Shown here piece after piece: positions 21,222 through 32,412 of a stretch of 64,000 bases of DNA (positions are counted from its first letter, which is position 1; each line of letters begins with the position of its first letter). The stretch covers positions 704,001 through 768,000 of the forward strand of contig CBDFJR010000005.1 of assembly GCA_965248535.1 (NCBI GenBank). The letters are read 5' to 3'. Under the pieces are notes generated by a model that had not been told where the DNA came from, did not search any database, and was given only the letters and a program-made list of their open reading frames with translations. A program made the translations under genes and the position numbers. Source of the stretch: Phormidesmis sp. (GTDB taxonomy: Bacteria > Cyanobacteriota > Cyanobacteriia > Leptolyngbyales > Leptolyngbyaceae).

Positions 21222-21238
21222 GTGTATGTTGTTACAAT
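21222..21238 (+). promoter_or_regulatory. NtcA-like site (GTG-N8-TAC) overlapping a -10 box (TACAAT)
   Basis: GTG-TATGTTGT-TAC at 21222-21235; TACAAT at 21233-21238. Confidence 0.55.
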
Positions 21239-21243
21239 ATTGG

Positions 21244-21368
21244 GCGAACAGGGCTTAATGACCCTACAGACCCGCTGCATGTTTGGGAACGCGCAGTTCG
21301 GTTTTCTCCAATGTCAAACAACAACAGGTTGATTTTTAGCCAGCTTCTAATAAAGCTGGCTATTTTTT
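21244..21368 (+). ncRNA. Putative small RNA (~125 nt), possibly NsrR1-like
   Basis: A -10 box upstream and a strong intrinsic terminator ~200 nt beyond the rqcH stop, with no long ORF between; the 5' end is estimated. Confidence 0.55.
21337..21368 (+). terminator. Intrinsic terminator
   Basis: TAGCCAGCTT-CTAATA-AAGCTGGCTA perfect 10-bp stem followed by TTTTTT. Confidence 0.9.
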
Positions 21369-21483
21369 ACCCGCATGTTACTTATCGGCGATTTTGCAGC
21401 GCTGTCGTGATTTAGAGATCAATTATGCTCTGAATAATAATTAACTTTTTTGTGGGTCAGCGATTTGCGATATGATTCAGTCC

Positions 21484-22890
21484 GTGACATCTCCAGACGC
21501 TCATTGCTTCGCAATAGCGCGCTGGCTTCTCGGCTTCGCAACCGAGCTTTCCTGCTTCATCGGGGTTCCCAAGCAACCTTCCTCCACAGGCAGTATCACC
21601 GTTTGCCCAACGGCTACAAGTCCACGCTGCATCACCACTTGGGCGGCAGCTACATCTCGGTCAGTGACATATCCACACTCACCACACTCATGCACACGCT
21701 GACTCAGTTCTTTCTTTCCGGTCTGCGCTCCACAGTTGGGGCAAGTCTGACTTGTCCCGTTGGGGTCTACTTTGGCAAAGAATACCCCTCGCTTCCAACT
21801 CACCCATTTGAGAATGTCAAGGAAGCTCCCCCACGCAGCGTCCAAGCAGTGTTTTGCCAACATCCCTCGACTCATCATTTTGAAGTTGAGGTCTTCAGCA
21901 AAGATCATCCCGACCTGATCACAAAGTTGGTGAGCCGTTTGAAAGTGGAACTCTCGCCTGGTGTCGTGAATATGTTCGTGCAGAGTGCGAATCTTGGCTT
22001 GAATCTTGCGGTAGTTCGCAGAGCCTTTCTTTTTGTTTCTGAGTTTGCGTTGCAGCCATTTCAGCTTGCCTTGCAAGTCCACAAAAAAGCGGGGTCGTTG
22101 AATCAACGCTCCGGTCGAAACCGCCAAGAACTTTTCCAAACCCAAATCAATGCCGATGGGTTCCCCATGGGGCAGGATGTCGGGCACTTGAACATTGCAT
22201 TGCAGAATCCGTTGGGCGTACCAGCCCGACGCTTTCTTCACCACTCTGACCTGCTTCACCTCAAATCCATCGGGAATCGGGCGGTGCAGATTGATCGGGA
22301 TGTCCCCAAGCTTCGGCAACTTGATGCAGTTCCTGCTGACGGGATGCGCTTTGAATTGCGGAAACACAACCGAGCGATACTGCCCAAACTTCTTGAAGCG
22401 TGGGAACCCAAAATCCCGCTCTTTCATGAACTTGAAGGCTTTATCGACTCGGCGCAGCGCGTCTTGCAGCACTTGAGACTGAACTTGTTTGAGTTCAGGA
22501 ATCTCGTTCTTGGCTTGAGTCAGCGCGTTCTGTTGCTTGTAGTAATCGGGGTACGGCACATCTGCGGGAAGGATGTATTCTGCTCTGATGCCGCAAGCGT
22601 TGACCGCACATTTACGCGAATTGATCCAGTCTTTGCGCTCTCGCAAGGCGTAGTTGTAGACCTTTCTACACTGCTCCATCCAAGACAGCATTTCGGCTGA
22701 TTGGGTGAGGTCTGGATAAATTCGGTAGCTGTAGGTCAGACTCAACATTCCAATAATTTAACAGGTTTAGACATTCTGTTAAATGCTCTGAGAGAGGGCT
22801 TCTTCGCTTCGCTCAGGCGCTTGGGATGTCCATGTATCAAGGGCGCTGAACGGAGTCCCGTTACAGCGCGGGACTTATAGCCTCCCAAAT
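21484..22890 (-). mobile_element. IS200/IS605-family, tnpB-only (IS1341-like) element; left boundary approximate
   Basis: Contains tnpB and no tnpA. The right end reads ...GGAGATGTCAC on the minus strand. Related CGCT-hairpin-AGCG structures lie at 21498-21519 and 22843-22869. Confidence 0.75.
21501..22748 (-). CDS. tnpB: RNA-guided endonuclease TnpB
   Basis: YSYRIYP N-terminus, GFPRFKK, RuvC-I GIDLG, RuvC-II AEDL, zinc finger CPNC...CGEC, RuvC-III DRDVAAA. Confidence 0.95.
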   Translation of the reverse strand: MLSLTYSYRIYPDLTQSAEMLSWMEQCRKVYNYALRERKDWINSRKCAVNACGIRAEYILPADVPYPDYYKQQNALTQAKNEIPELKQVQSQVLQDALRRVDKAFKFMKERDFGFPRFKKFGQYRSVVFPQFKAHPVSRNCIKLPKLGDIPINLHRPIPDGFEVKQVRVVKKASGWYAQRILQCNVQVPDILPHGEPIGIDLGLEKFLAVSTGALIQRPRFFVDLQGKLKWLQRKLRNKKKGSANYRKIQAKIRTLHEHIHDTRREFHFQTAHQLCDQVGMIFAEDLNFKMMSRGMLAKHCLDAAWGSFLDILKWVSWKRGVFFAKVDPNGTSQTCPNCGAQTGKKELSQRVHECGECGYVTDRDVAAAQVVMQRGLVAVGQTVILPVEEGCLGTPMKQESSVAKPRSQRAIAKQ

Positions 22891-22929
22891 CCACCTTTGG
22901 TTAAGCGCGATCGCGCCTCCTAAACCCCT

Positions 22930-24075
22930 GTGAAACCCAACTATGCCCTCGTCCATGAATGGCTCACGCCCAAAGCAACAGGTGGGTCAGAGCTGGTGGT
23001 GCGAGAAATTCTCAAGCACATTGATGCCGATCTCTACGCGCTGATTGATTTTGAGTCGGTAAATCCCAACAGCTATCTCTACCAGCGTAAAATTGGCACC
23101 ACGTTTCTTCAGCACTTTCCCTTTGCCCAAAGCGGAGTGCAAAAATATTTGCCTCTTTTGCCCATCGCGATCGAGCAACTTGACCTGCGTCACTATGACG
23201 TGATTCTGTCGTCGTCTCATGCAGTGGCCAAAGGGGTGCTGACCGCGCCTCACCAGATGCACGTCTGCTATTGTCACACTCCCATGCGCTATGCGTGGGA
23301 TCTCACCTTTGACTATCTCCGCAGCAGCCGCGTGGGCCGAGGAATGCCGGGGGTATTGACCCGCTATTTGCTCCACGAGTTGCGCCAGTGGGATGTGCTG
23401 TCGGCTAACCGAGTCGATTATTTTGTCGCCAATTCCAGAAACACAGCCCGCCGCATCTGGCGATATTATCGTCGCCCAGCAGAGGTGATCTATCCGCCTG
23501 TGGAGGTCGATCGCTTCCCCTTCCAAGCGGATAAACAAGATTTTTACGTGACTGTTTCTCGATTAGTCAGCTATAAAAAAATCGCTCTGATCGTGCAGGC
23601 GTTTAATCAACTGGGGCTGCCCCTAGTTGTGATTGGCGGTGGCTCAGAGTTATCGCAGATTCAGCAACTCGCAAAACCCAATGTGCAGGTTTTGGGGTGG
23701 CAACCCGATGCGGTGGTTGAGCAATATATGGCGCAAGCAAAAGCTTTTGTCTATGCTGCTTATGAAGATTTTGGCATAGCCCCCGTTGAGGCCCAAGCCT
23801 GCGGAACCCCGGTGATCGCTTATGGGGCGGGGGGCACGTTAGAGACCGTGAGAGATTTACGTCACGACCAAAGTCAGGGAACCGGAATTTTGTTTCCTGA
23901 GCAAACTGAGGCGGCGATCGTCGAAGCGGTAAAATTTTTTGAGCAGCATCAAAAAAAGATTGACCCCGAAATCTTGCACACTCACGCCCTCTCGTTCCAC
24001 CCCAAAGTCTTTCAACAGCGTTATTTAGGGTTTCTGGAACAGTCTTATCAAGAATTTCTGACTAAAAATTCTTAA
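22930..24075 (+). CDS. Glycosyltransferase family 4
   Basis: HEWL...GGSE, CYCHTPMRYAWD, EDFGIAPVEAQACGTPVIAYG. Confidence 0.92.
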   Translation: MKPNYALVHEWLTPKATGGSELVVREILKHIDADLYALIDFESVNPNSYLYQRKIGTTFLQHFPFAQSGVQKYLPLLPIAIEQLDLRHYDVILSSSHAVAKGVLTAPHQMHVCYCHTPMRYAWDLTFDYLRSSRVGRGMPGVLTRYLLHELRQWDVLSANRVDYFVANSRNTARRIWRYYRRPAEVIYPPVEVDRFPFQADKQDFYVTVSRLVSYKKIALIVQAFNQLGLPLVVIGGGSELSQIQQLAKPNVQVLGWQPDAVVEQYMAQAKAFVYAAYEDFGIAPVEAQACGTPVIAYGAGGTLETVRDLRHDQSQGTGILFPEQTEAAIVEAVKFFEQHQKKIDPEILHTHALSFHPKVFQQRYLGFLEQSYQEFLTKNS

Positions 24076-24201
24076 TCATTTTTTACGGTTCCCCGTTCTA
24101 CCAAGGAAGATTGCTCATTTACTTGGGAGCAAAAACGTCTCATAAGCAGTCTATGGCTTTATGATCAGGACTGTGTGTGGTGTGGAATTGTAAGGAGTAA
24201 G

Positions 24202-24906
24202 ATGACTGCCGAAAGCCAACTCATCTCCGGTAAGCTGATTCGGGCATTCGTAAAGCGGGGGATACGGTCAGTTATTCCCCAAGCACTAGATAAGAAACTC
24301 TCTAAGCGGTTATTTGACATTGGGTTTTCCCTCGCAGTTTTGATTCTCTTCTCTCCGGTTTATCTGCTCATCGGGTTACTGATTGCCTTCAGTTCATCAG
24401 GCCCTATTTTTTATGTGCAAGAACGGGTCGGCAAGAATTACAAGCGCTTTGGCTGCATCAAATTTAGAACAATGGTCGTCAACGCTGATGATTTATTGAT
24501 GGAGATGATTGAGACTTCTCCTCAGTTGAGGCAAGAATTTGAGGATAATTTTAAGCTCAAATACGATCCTCGAATTACCTGGATTGGCCATGTTTTGAGG
24601 GTGACCAGCCTAGATGAGTTTCCCCAATTTTGGAACGTTTTGATGGGGGACATGAGTGTGGTTGGCCCGCGTCCGTTGGTGGTGGAAGAGCTACCTCGAT
24701 ATGGAAGCCACATTGACAGAGTTTTGACGATCCGACCTGGCATTACAGGGTTGTGGCAAGTATCTGGACGGAATGATATTCCCTACCCGCAGCGGGTTCG
24801 GATGGATCTTTACTATGCAAACTCTAGACATTTTTGGATGGATTTGTGGATCGTGGTTAGAACGATCGGGGTCGTCATTTTCCCAAAAAATAACGGCGCT
24901 TACTAA
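24202..24906 (+). CDS. Polyprenyl-phosphate sugar phosphotransferase (WcaJ/WbaP-like)
   Basis: KRLFDI, KFRTM, DPRIT, SLDEFPQFWNVLMGDMSVVGPRP, RPGITGLWQVSGR; AGGAG RBS before ATG 24202. Confidence 0.92.
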   Translation: MTAESQLISGKLIRAFVKRGIRSVIPQALDKKLSKRLFDIGFSLAVLILFSPVYLLIGLLIAFSSSGPIFYVQERVGKNYKRFGCIKFRTMVVNADDLLMEMIETSPQLRQEFEDNFKLKYDPRITWIGHVLRVTSLDEFPQFWNVLMGDMSVVGPRPLVVEELPRYGSHIDRVLTIRPGITGLWQVSGRNDIPYPQRVRMDLYYANSRHFWMDLWIVVRTIGVVIFPKNNGAY

Positions 24907-24929
24907 CGTCTAGGGTGAGTTGGATTCTT

Positions 24930-24971
24930 GCCCCTCAGCCTCCTGTTTTGCGACGGCTGGGGGGCTATTTT
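24930..24971 (+). terminator. Probable intrinsic terminator
   Basis: GCCCCTCAGCC...GGCTGGGGGGC stem followed by TATTTT. Confidence 0.6.
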
Positions 24972-25306
24972 GTGGCGGCTAAACACCCATCTTTTCGACC
25001 CTTCCGGATCGCCTCGGCGCGAAACGTATCTTCTAGCAGTGCATGGCCCCGCCTGACCCATGGGTGAAGCGGGTTGCCCAAAGACTAGGGTCTAGGATTT
25101 AAACTTCAGCAAAACTTCTCAAAAAATGAATCACTCCTTCATATTGAGATCAATCCTTTGCGGTAGGTTAGTTGTTGTTTGCTGCAATACCAGCGGGATT
25201 ACTAGGGGTGAAGTTTTAGAACCGATCGACGTTAGATTAGGCGCAAGCAGGCCAAGCATGATATTTGCCTAGCTTTTTAACTGTAGTTTCAGCAAGGAAA
25301 TGAGGA

Positions 25307-26386
25307 ATGACGCAGCGTAAGCGAGCACTGTTAACGGGTATCACAGGTCAAGACGGCTCTTATTTGAGTGAGTTGCTTTTAGAGCAGGGCTATGAGGTTC
25401 ATGGAATCATCCGCCGCACCTCGACTTTCAACACCGATCGCATCGATCACATCTACGAAGACCCTCACGTCGAAGGCGCACAGCTATTCCTCCACTATGG
25501 AGATCTCACAGATGGCACCACCCTGCGACGAATTATCGAAGAAGTTCAGCCTGTTGAAATCTATAACTTAGGTGCTCAATCTCACGTTCGCGTTAGTTTT
25601 GACTCTCCTGAATATACGGCTGACGCAGTGGGGATGGGAACATTGCGCTTGCTAGAGGCGATTCGTGACTATCAGCAACGCACGGGCATCGAGGTTCGCT
25701 TTTATCAAGCAGGCTCTTCTGAGATGTTTGGCAAAGTGCAAGAAGTTCCTCAAGTTGAAACCACTCCGTTCTATCCTCGTAGCCCCTATGCCTGCGCCAA
25801 GGTCTATGCACACTGGCAAACGGTGAACTACCGCGAATCCTATGATCTGTTCGCGTCTAATGGCATCTTGTTTAACCACGAGTCTCCTCGACGCGGTGAG
25901 ACCTTTGTGACTCGCAAAATCACACGAGCCGTGGCACGCATCGTGGCTGGAAAACAAAAGAAGCTCTTTTTGGGCAATCTAGACTCTAAGCGCGACTGGG
26001 GCTATGCCAAAGATTATGTGCGGGCCATGTGGCTGATGTTGCAACAAGATCAGCCCGATGATTATGTGGTTGCCACAGGCGAAACCCATGAAATTAAAGA
26101 ATTTTTAGACTTGGCGTTTGGCTATGTCAATCTCGATTGGCAAGACTATGTTGAGTTTGACGAGCGCTATCTGCGCCCTGCTGAGGTTGATCTGCTGATT
26201 GGCGACCCGACCAAAGCCAAACAAAAGCTAGGCTGGGAACCCTCAGTCACGTTTGAAGAACTCGTCCGTTTGATGGTCGAGGGCGATTTAGGCGCTTTAG
26301 GGATTCAGGTTGCTGGCACCAACCAACCTGCCCTTCAAGATCTGGCAACCGTTCGTGAAAATCTCGCCAGCAGTGTGTCGTTTTGA
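25307..26386 (+). CDS. gmd: GDP-mannose 4,6-dehydratase
   Basis: [45 protein letters not shown]. Confidence 0.98.
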   Translation: MTQRKRALLTGITGQDGSYLSELLLEQGYEVHGIIRRTSTFNTDRIDHIYEDPHVEGAQLFLHYGDLTDGTTLRRIIEEVQPVEIYNLGAQSHVRVSFDSPEYTADAVGMGTLRLLEAIRDYQQRTGIEVRFYQAGSSEMFGKVQEVPQVETTPFYPRSPYACAKVYAHWQTVNYRESYDLFASNGILFNHESPRRGETFVTRKITRAVARIVAGKQKKLFLGNLDSKRDWGYAKDYVRAMWLMLQQDQPDDYVVATGETHEIKEFLDLAFGYVNLDWQDYVEFDERYLRPAEVDLLIGDPTKAKQKLGWEPSVTFEELVRLMVEGDLGALGIQVAGTNQPALQDLATVRENLASSVSF

Positions 26387-26421
26387 GTTTGGGCACACTC
26401 TAACCAACCCCACAACCATAA

Positions 26422-27381
<960 letters not shown>

Positions 27382-27404
27382 ATTGACCACTTAAATTCTC
27401 GTGA

Positions 27405-27432
27405 AAGGGGGCGCTCTGTGGAGTGTCCCCTT
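27405..27432. terminator. Hairpin between convergent genes (probable bidirectional terminator)
   Basis: AAGGGGGCGCTC-TGTG-GAGTGTCCCCTT. Confidence 0.6.
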
Positions 27433-27461
27433 CTCTAGTTTAAATGAAGCGCTTCCCTCAA

Positions 27462-29531
27462 TTAGTCTGGCGCGATCTGGATGTCCTGCTGTGCCGCAGG
27501 TGCCTCTAGGGTTTCGGGCAGCTTGATCGGAGCTTGAGGAGACTCGATCGGGCTAGAGATTGGGCGGCGAACTTGATTCGGTGGTCTGCTCGGCTGAGAT
27601 GCCTTTAGTGGGTCAGGTTGTTTTGGTTCAACGGGTTTGACTTCGACAGGGCGAGGCGCGATCGCGGGAGTTGACTGGCTCGGTGACGTTAACGGAATGC
27701 CTAACCGTCGCTCTAGATCCGTTTTTAGCAAGGGGTTGGGAGATTCAGGTTGCTTTGTTTCGGCTGGCTCAGGGGTGGGAGCCTCGATTTTGGCTGAAGG
27801 CGCAGGACTCGGTAAAGGCTTGGGTGAGTCAGGGCGACGGAAGCGATCGTAGAAGCTACTCTTCGGTTCAGCTTTAGGAACGGTAACTTCCGGCAAGGTC
27901 TCTATGTCAGGTTCAGCTTCTTTAGGGACTTCGACGGGCGCAGGTGAAACACTGGGAGACGGACTAGGCGACGCTTTCAGACTTTCTGATGGGCGACGGA
28001 AGCGATCGTAAAAACTACTCTTCGGCGGCGCAGTTTTTTGAGGAGCGGGCGCTTCAGGAACTTTGGTTTCTGGGATTTCGAGAGCAGGTTTCTCGATCGG
28101 CTCCTCAAGCTCAGGCGGCACCCTGAGAGTTGGCTCAGGAACAACAATAGGTGAGGGTTTCGAGCTTTCAGGACGACGGAAGCGATCGAAGAATCCTGCC
28201 TTGGGAGTTTTTTCAATAGGGGCAGGCTGATCGTTTTCTAACTTAGGCGCAGGTTCAACAATTGTCTTGACCGGAGCCGGAATCACACTGGGGATCGGTT
28301 CGGGCGCGGGGCTAGGAGACGGCGCGATCGTTTCAGCCGGGCGACGGAGACGATTGAAAAATCCACCTTTTGGTTCTTTCGAGGGCTGAGACTCTTCAGA
28401 TTTGGGTGGGTCTGATGGCTCTATTTTGGGAGCAGGGGCGACGATCGCGGGTTCTTTGACCTCTGGCGACGGCTTGACGACGGGTAGAGAGGGCACGATC
28501 GGAGATGGCACAACGGGCGCTACAGTTGGAGTTGGAGATGGCTCAACGCTCGGTTCAGGAGTCTCAACTTTATAATCAGGATCAACAAGGCCACGAGCTT
28601 GGGCAAACGAAAGCTCATCGCGGACTAGCTTAGAAAGAGTGTCCTTTCCGTTGGGAGTATAGGTGAAGCTCCGAGCCGGGTTGTTATAGACATTTTGAAC
28701 CGGATTACCCTTCTCGTCGATATACTCCAATTGCACCCAGTTTTTGCCGGGGGTAAAGCCTTTGAGATAGAGTGGCTGCCAGCGATCGAGCACAAATTCT
28801 GAGCCGTTCACCGTCACTTTGATTCGCCAGTCTGCCACCTCGTCTTTGTCATCTTCTTGAGCCACAAGGTGCAGCGGCGCATTCGTCAAGAAAAAATCCA
28901 GCATGATCGGCTCTGCCCCGTACACCCCTTGCGGACGGCTGTAAGTCAGGAGCGGCAGTTCTGAATTAGGGTTGTTATCTGAAGTTTTGGTAAACACATG
29001 AAACGTTGTCTGAGCATAGGCTCCATCGTTTTTAAAGCTTTCGTGCCAGGGGCGGCCCGCAAAAGCGCGAATCGTGTGAGTTCCAGGAGATAAATCTTTG
29101 AGCACGATCGGCTGACTCACGTCATAGACCGCTTGATAAGGCTGGCTGTCTAAGAAAAGGTGCAGGTGAGTGCCTAACCCCAGCTTCTCATCCTTAAATA
29201 GAGGCAAATCTTTGACTTGCAGACGGACAGAAACCGTGTCATCTGGCAGCACTTCATTAGGGCGAGGCGAGACGATCGTCACCTGCGGCTCATAGCGCTC
29301 TAGCACCGCCTTCAGTTCTTGAATCACCGCTGGCGGCGACACTTCCGAAATCTTGCCTGCCAGCTTAACCGGAGCCGCTTTGGGGGCAGCCGATCGAGCC
29401 ATGACTGCGCGAGTCTGAGGGGTTTCACTGCGCGCCTTGCCGCCACACCCCCACAGATTTAGCACGCAAACCAGCAGTCCAGAGATGAATAACGTTCTTG
29501 CAACACTAGGCCAGCGATTGATCCCAAGCAC
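27462..29531 (-). CDS. Hypothetical lipoprotein with a globular N-terminal half and a Pro/Glu/Lys-rich repetitive tail
   Basis: GTG start with AGGAG RBS; lipobox LWGC; HLHLFLD...GTHTIRAF...PWHESFKN domain; low-complexity C-terminus. Confidence 0.85.
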   Translation of the reverse strand: MLGINRWPSVARTLFISGLLVCVLNLWGCGGKARSETPQTRAVMARSAAPKAAPVKLAGKISEVSPPAVIQELKAVLERYEPQVTIVSPRPNEVLPDDTVSVRLQVKDLPLFKDEKLGLGTHLHLFLDSQPYQAVYDVSQPIVLKDLSPGTHTIRAFAGRPWHESFKNDGAYAQTTFHVFTKTSDNNPNSELPLLTYSRPQGVYGAEPIMLDFFLTNAPLHLVAQEDDKDEVADWRIKVTVNGSEFVLDRWQPLYLKGFTPGKNWVQLEYIDEKGNPVQNVYNNPARSFTYTPNGKDTLSKLVRDELSFAQARGLVDPDYKVETPEPSVEPSPTPTVAPVVPSPIVPSLPVVKPSPEVKEPAIVAPAPKIEPSDPPKSEESQPSKEPKGGFFNRLRRPAETIAPSPSPAPEPIPSVIPAPVKTIVEPAPKLENDQPAPIEKTPKAGFFDRFRRPESSKPSPIVVPEPTLRVPPELEEPIEKPALEIPETKVPEAPAPQKTAPPKSSFYDRFRRPSESLKASPSPSPSVSPAPVEVPKEAEPDIETLPEVTVPKAEPKSSFYDRFRRPDSPKPLPSPAPSAKIEAPTPEPAETKQPESPNPLLKTDLERRLGIPLTSPSQSTPAIAPRPVEVKPVEPKQPDPLKASQPSRPPNQVRRPISSPIESPQAPIKLPETLEAPAAQQDIQIAPD

Positions 29532-29677
29532 CAGACAACACTCCTATAAGCAGTTTAAAACACCGTCCAACCGAGTCATCCATACGGAACTATAGCGGAA
29601 AACATCGAATCCTCTCCGCTAAATTCCTGATACCAGCGCCTAGAGCGCTGATCAGCCACTGTTTTTGCGAAGATATA

Positions 29678-29879
29678 TTAACAATAAGTTAAGTAAAATA
29701 TTGCGCTGCTGCGGCCGATTTGAGCTTTTTTCTCAATCATTTAGGTATGTAAACTTAATCAACAGATGCTTGACTTTTTAAACTTTGCCAAAAGTCAGAA
29801 CCCAGTCATCATCAACTATCTGCCGAGTTTGAATTATTGTAAATTCCCGTCAAAAACGTTTTCATCTAAGACCTATAAT
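29678..29879 (+). promoter_or_regulatory. psaA promoter region: HLR1-like repeat and TATAAT -10 box
   Basis: TTAACAAT-AA-GTTAAGTA at 29678-29695 and TATAAT at 29874-29879, implying a ~250-nt leader. Confidence 0.45.
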
Positions 29880-30133
29880 GACTCGATGAGAACCCACAAA
29901 GGTTGCGTTCACGACGATTGCAGATATCTGACCCAGTTGTGAACAACCCCACCTCTCAAATCGATCGCTCACAGTGCACTCACAGTTACAAAGCTTCGGC
30001 TTTTGGACTTATGAACCTAGTTATCGAGTGCAGGTCAACGTGCGGCTGATTTAAGTCGCAAACGGTTTGAAGACAGAAGGGAGCCTAATTTTGGCGGATT
30101 CCTCGTTCCTTGTCTAAAGAGAGGAGAGTCTCA

Positions 30134-32389
30134 ATGACAATTAGCCCACCGGAGCGCGAGGCAAAGGCACGGGTGATCGTTGATAAAGATCCGGTTCCTA
30201 CTTCTTTTGAGAAGTGGTCACAGCCAGGTCACTTCGATCGCACGCTGTCTAAAGGCCCAAAAACCACCACCTGGATTTGGAACCTTCACGCCAACGCTCA
30301 CGATTTCGATAGCCATACCAGCGATTTAGAAGACGTATCTCGGAAAATCTTTAGTGCTCACTTCGGTCATTTGGCAGTTGTGTTCATTTGGCTGAGTGGC
30401 ATGTATTTTCATGGCGCTCGCTTTTCAAACTATTCATCTTGGCTCGCAGATCCGCTTCACATTAAGCCCAGTGCTCAAGTGGTGTGGCCGATCTTTGGTC
30501 AGGAAATTCTCAATGCAGATGTCGGCGGCGGTTTCCACGGGATTCAGATCACCTCTGGGTTCTTTCAACTGTGGCGCGCTTCTGGCATTACAAATGAATT
30601 TCAGCTTTACTGCACCGCGATCGGCGGTCTAGTCATGGCTGCTTTAATGCTTTTTGCAGGCTGGTTCCACTATCACAAGCGCGCTCCCAAACTGGAATGG
30701 TTCCAGAACGTGGAGTCGATGCTAAACCACCACCTATCCGGTCTGTTTGGACTCGGCTCCCTGGGCTGGGCTGGACACCAGATTCACGTATCTCTACCCA
30801 TCAACGAGCTACTCGATCGCGGCGTTCCAGCAGATAAGATCCCTCTGCCCCACGAGTTTATTTTGAACTCGCAGCTCATGGCAGACATCTATCCTAGCTT
30901 TGCCAAAGGGCTGACTCCTTTCTTCACCCTCAACTGGGGCGAATATTCAGACTTCCTCACCTTTAAAGGCGGTCTAAACCCAGTCACAGGCGGTTTGTGG
31001 TTGACAGACACCGCGCATCACCACTTGGCGATCGCCGTTCTGTTCATCATCGCGGGACACATGTACCGCACCAACTGGGGCATTGGTCACAGCATCAAGG
31101 AAATGTTGGAAGCCCACAAAGGGCCCTTTACTGGCGAAGGCCACAAAGGTCTCTATGAGGTGCTCACCACATCTTGGCACGCGCAGCTTGCAATCAACTT
31201 GGCAATGGTTGGCTCTCTGAGCATCATCGTTGCCCAGCATATGTATGCGATGCCTCCTTACCCCTACCTGGCGACTGACTACGCCACGCAGTTGTCTCTG
31301 TTTACTCACCATATGTGGTTGGGTGGTTTCTTCATCGTCGGTGGAGCCGCTCACGGAGCCATCTTCATGGTGCGGGACTACGATCCCGTTGTGAACCAGA
31401 ACAACTTGCTCGATCGGGTGATTCGTCACCGCGATGCGATTATTTCTCACCTCAACTGGGTCTGTATCTTCTTGGGCTTCCACAGCTTTGGTCTGTATGT
31501 CCACAACGACACCATGCGTGCGTTGGGTCGCCCTCAAGATATGTTCTCTGACACGGCGATTCAACTTCAGCCTGTCTTTGCTCAGTGGATTCAAAACCTG
31601 CATACGCTGGCTCCGGGTGCAACGGCTCCTAACGCGCTGGCTCCGGCTAGTTATGCGTTTGGTGGCGGCACGATCGCAATTGGCGGCAAGGTTGCCATGA
31701 TGCCGATCGTGTTGGGCACGGCGGACTTTATGGTTCACCACATCCACGCCTTTACGATTCACGTTACAGTCCTCATCCTGCTCAAGGGCGTGCTGTTTGC
31801 TCGTAGCTCACGTCTGGTTCCAGACAAAGCTAACTTGGGCTTCCGCTTCCCTTGCGACGGCCCCGGTCGTGGCGGCACCTGCCAGGTTTCTGGTTGGGAT
31901 CACGTCTTCCTGGGTCTGTTCTGGATGTATAACTCCATCTCGATCGTCATCTTCCACTTCAGTTGGAAAATGCAGTCAGATGTCTGGGGAACGGTCAACG
32001 CTGATGGCAGTGTCGATCACATCACAGGCGGCAACTTTGCCCAAAGCGCTATCACGATCAACGGCTGGCTACGCGACTTCCTGTGGGCACAAGCTTCCCA
32101 GGTGATCACCTCCTACGGTTCGGCACTGTCTGCCTATGGCTTGCTGTTCTTGGGTGCTCACTTCGTCTGGGCCTTTAGCTTGATGTTCCTGTTCAGCGGT
32201 CGCGGCTACTGGCAAGAATTGATCGAGTCCATTGTTTGGGCACACAACAAGCTGAAAGTCGCACCTGCCATTCAGCCCCGTGCTCTTAGCATCATCCAAG
32301 GTCGGGCTGTGGGCGTTGCTCACTACCTCTTGGGAGGAATTGTCACAACCTGGGCATTCTTCCTAGCTCGTGCATTGTCGTTAGGTTGA
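30134..32389 (+). CDS. psaA: Photosystem I P700 apoprotein A1
   Basis: MTISPPERE start after [20 protein letters not shown] motif. Confidence 0.99.
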   Translation: MTISPPEREAKARVIVDKDPVPTSFEKWSQPGHFDRTLSKGPKTTTWIWNLHANAHDFDSHTSDLEDVSRKIFSAHFGHLAVVFIWLSGMYFHGARFSNYSSWLADPLHIKPSAQVVWPIFGQEILNADVGGGFHGIQITSGFFQLWRASGITNEFQLYCTAIGGLVMAALMLFAGWFHYHKRAPKLEWFQNVESMLNHHLSGLFGLGSLGWAGHQIHVSLPINELLDRGVPADKIPLPHEFILNSQLMADIYPSFAKGLTPFFTLNWGEYSDFLTFKGGLNPVTGGLWLTDTAHHHLAIAVLFIIAGHMYRTNWGIGHSIKEMLEAHKGPFTGEGHKGLYEVLTTSWHAQLAINLAMVGSLSIIVAQHMYAMPPYPYLATDYATQLSLFTHHMWLGGFFIVGGAAHGAIFMVRDYDPVVNQNNLLDRVIRHRDAIISHLNWVCIFLGFHSFGLYVHNDTMRALGRPQDMFSDTAIQLQPVFAQWIQNLHTLAPGATAPNALAPASYAFGGGTIAIGGKVAMMPIVLGTADFMVHHIHAFTIHVTVLILLKGVLFARSSRLVPDKANLGFRFPCDGPGRGGTCQVSGWDHVFLGLFWMYNSISIVIFHFSWKMQSDVWGTVNADGSVDHITGGNFAQSAITINGWLRDFLWAQASQVITSYGSALSAYGLLFLGAHFVWAFSLMFLFSGRGYWQELIESIVWAHNKLKVAPAIQPRALSIIQGRAVGVAHYLLGGIVTTWAFFLARALSLG

Positions 32390-32412
32390 GCCAGGAGGAA
32401 TCATAAAGACTT

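Noticed and set aside
21240..21370. Glutamine riboswitch, Yfr1 or Yfr2 RNA
   Set aside because: Their hallmark motifs as I recall them (e.g. ACTCCTCACAC, paired GGAAAC) are absent, and no downstream ORF lies within the transcript unit.
21140..21500. CRISPR array next to tnpB (Cas12-like system)
   Set aside because: No direct repeats with spacers here or elsewhere in the window.
21450..22700. 416-aa plus-strand ORF as a real gene
   Set aside because: It is an exact antisense shadow of tnpB with no recognisable motifs; kept only as a codon-usage signal.
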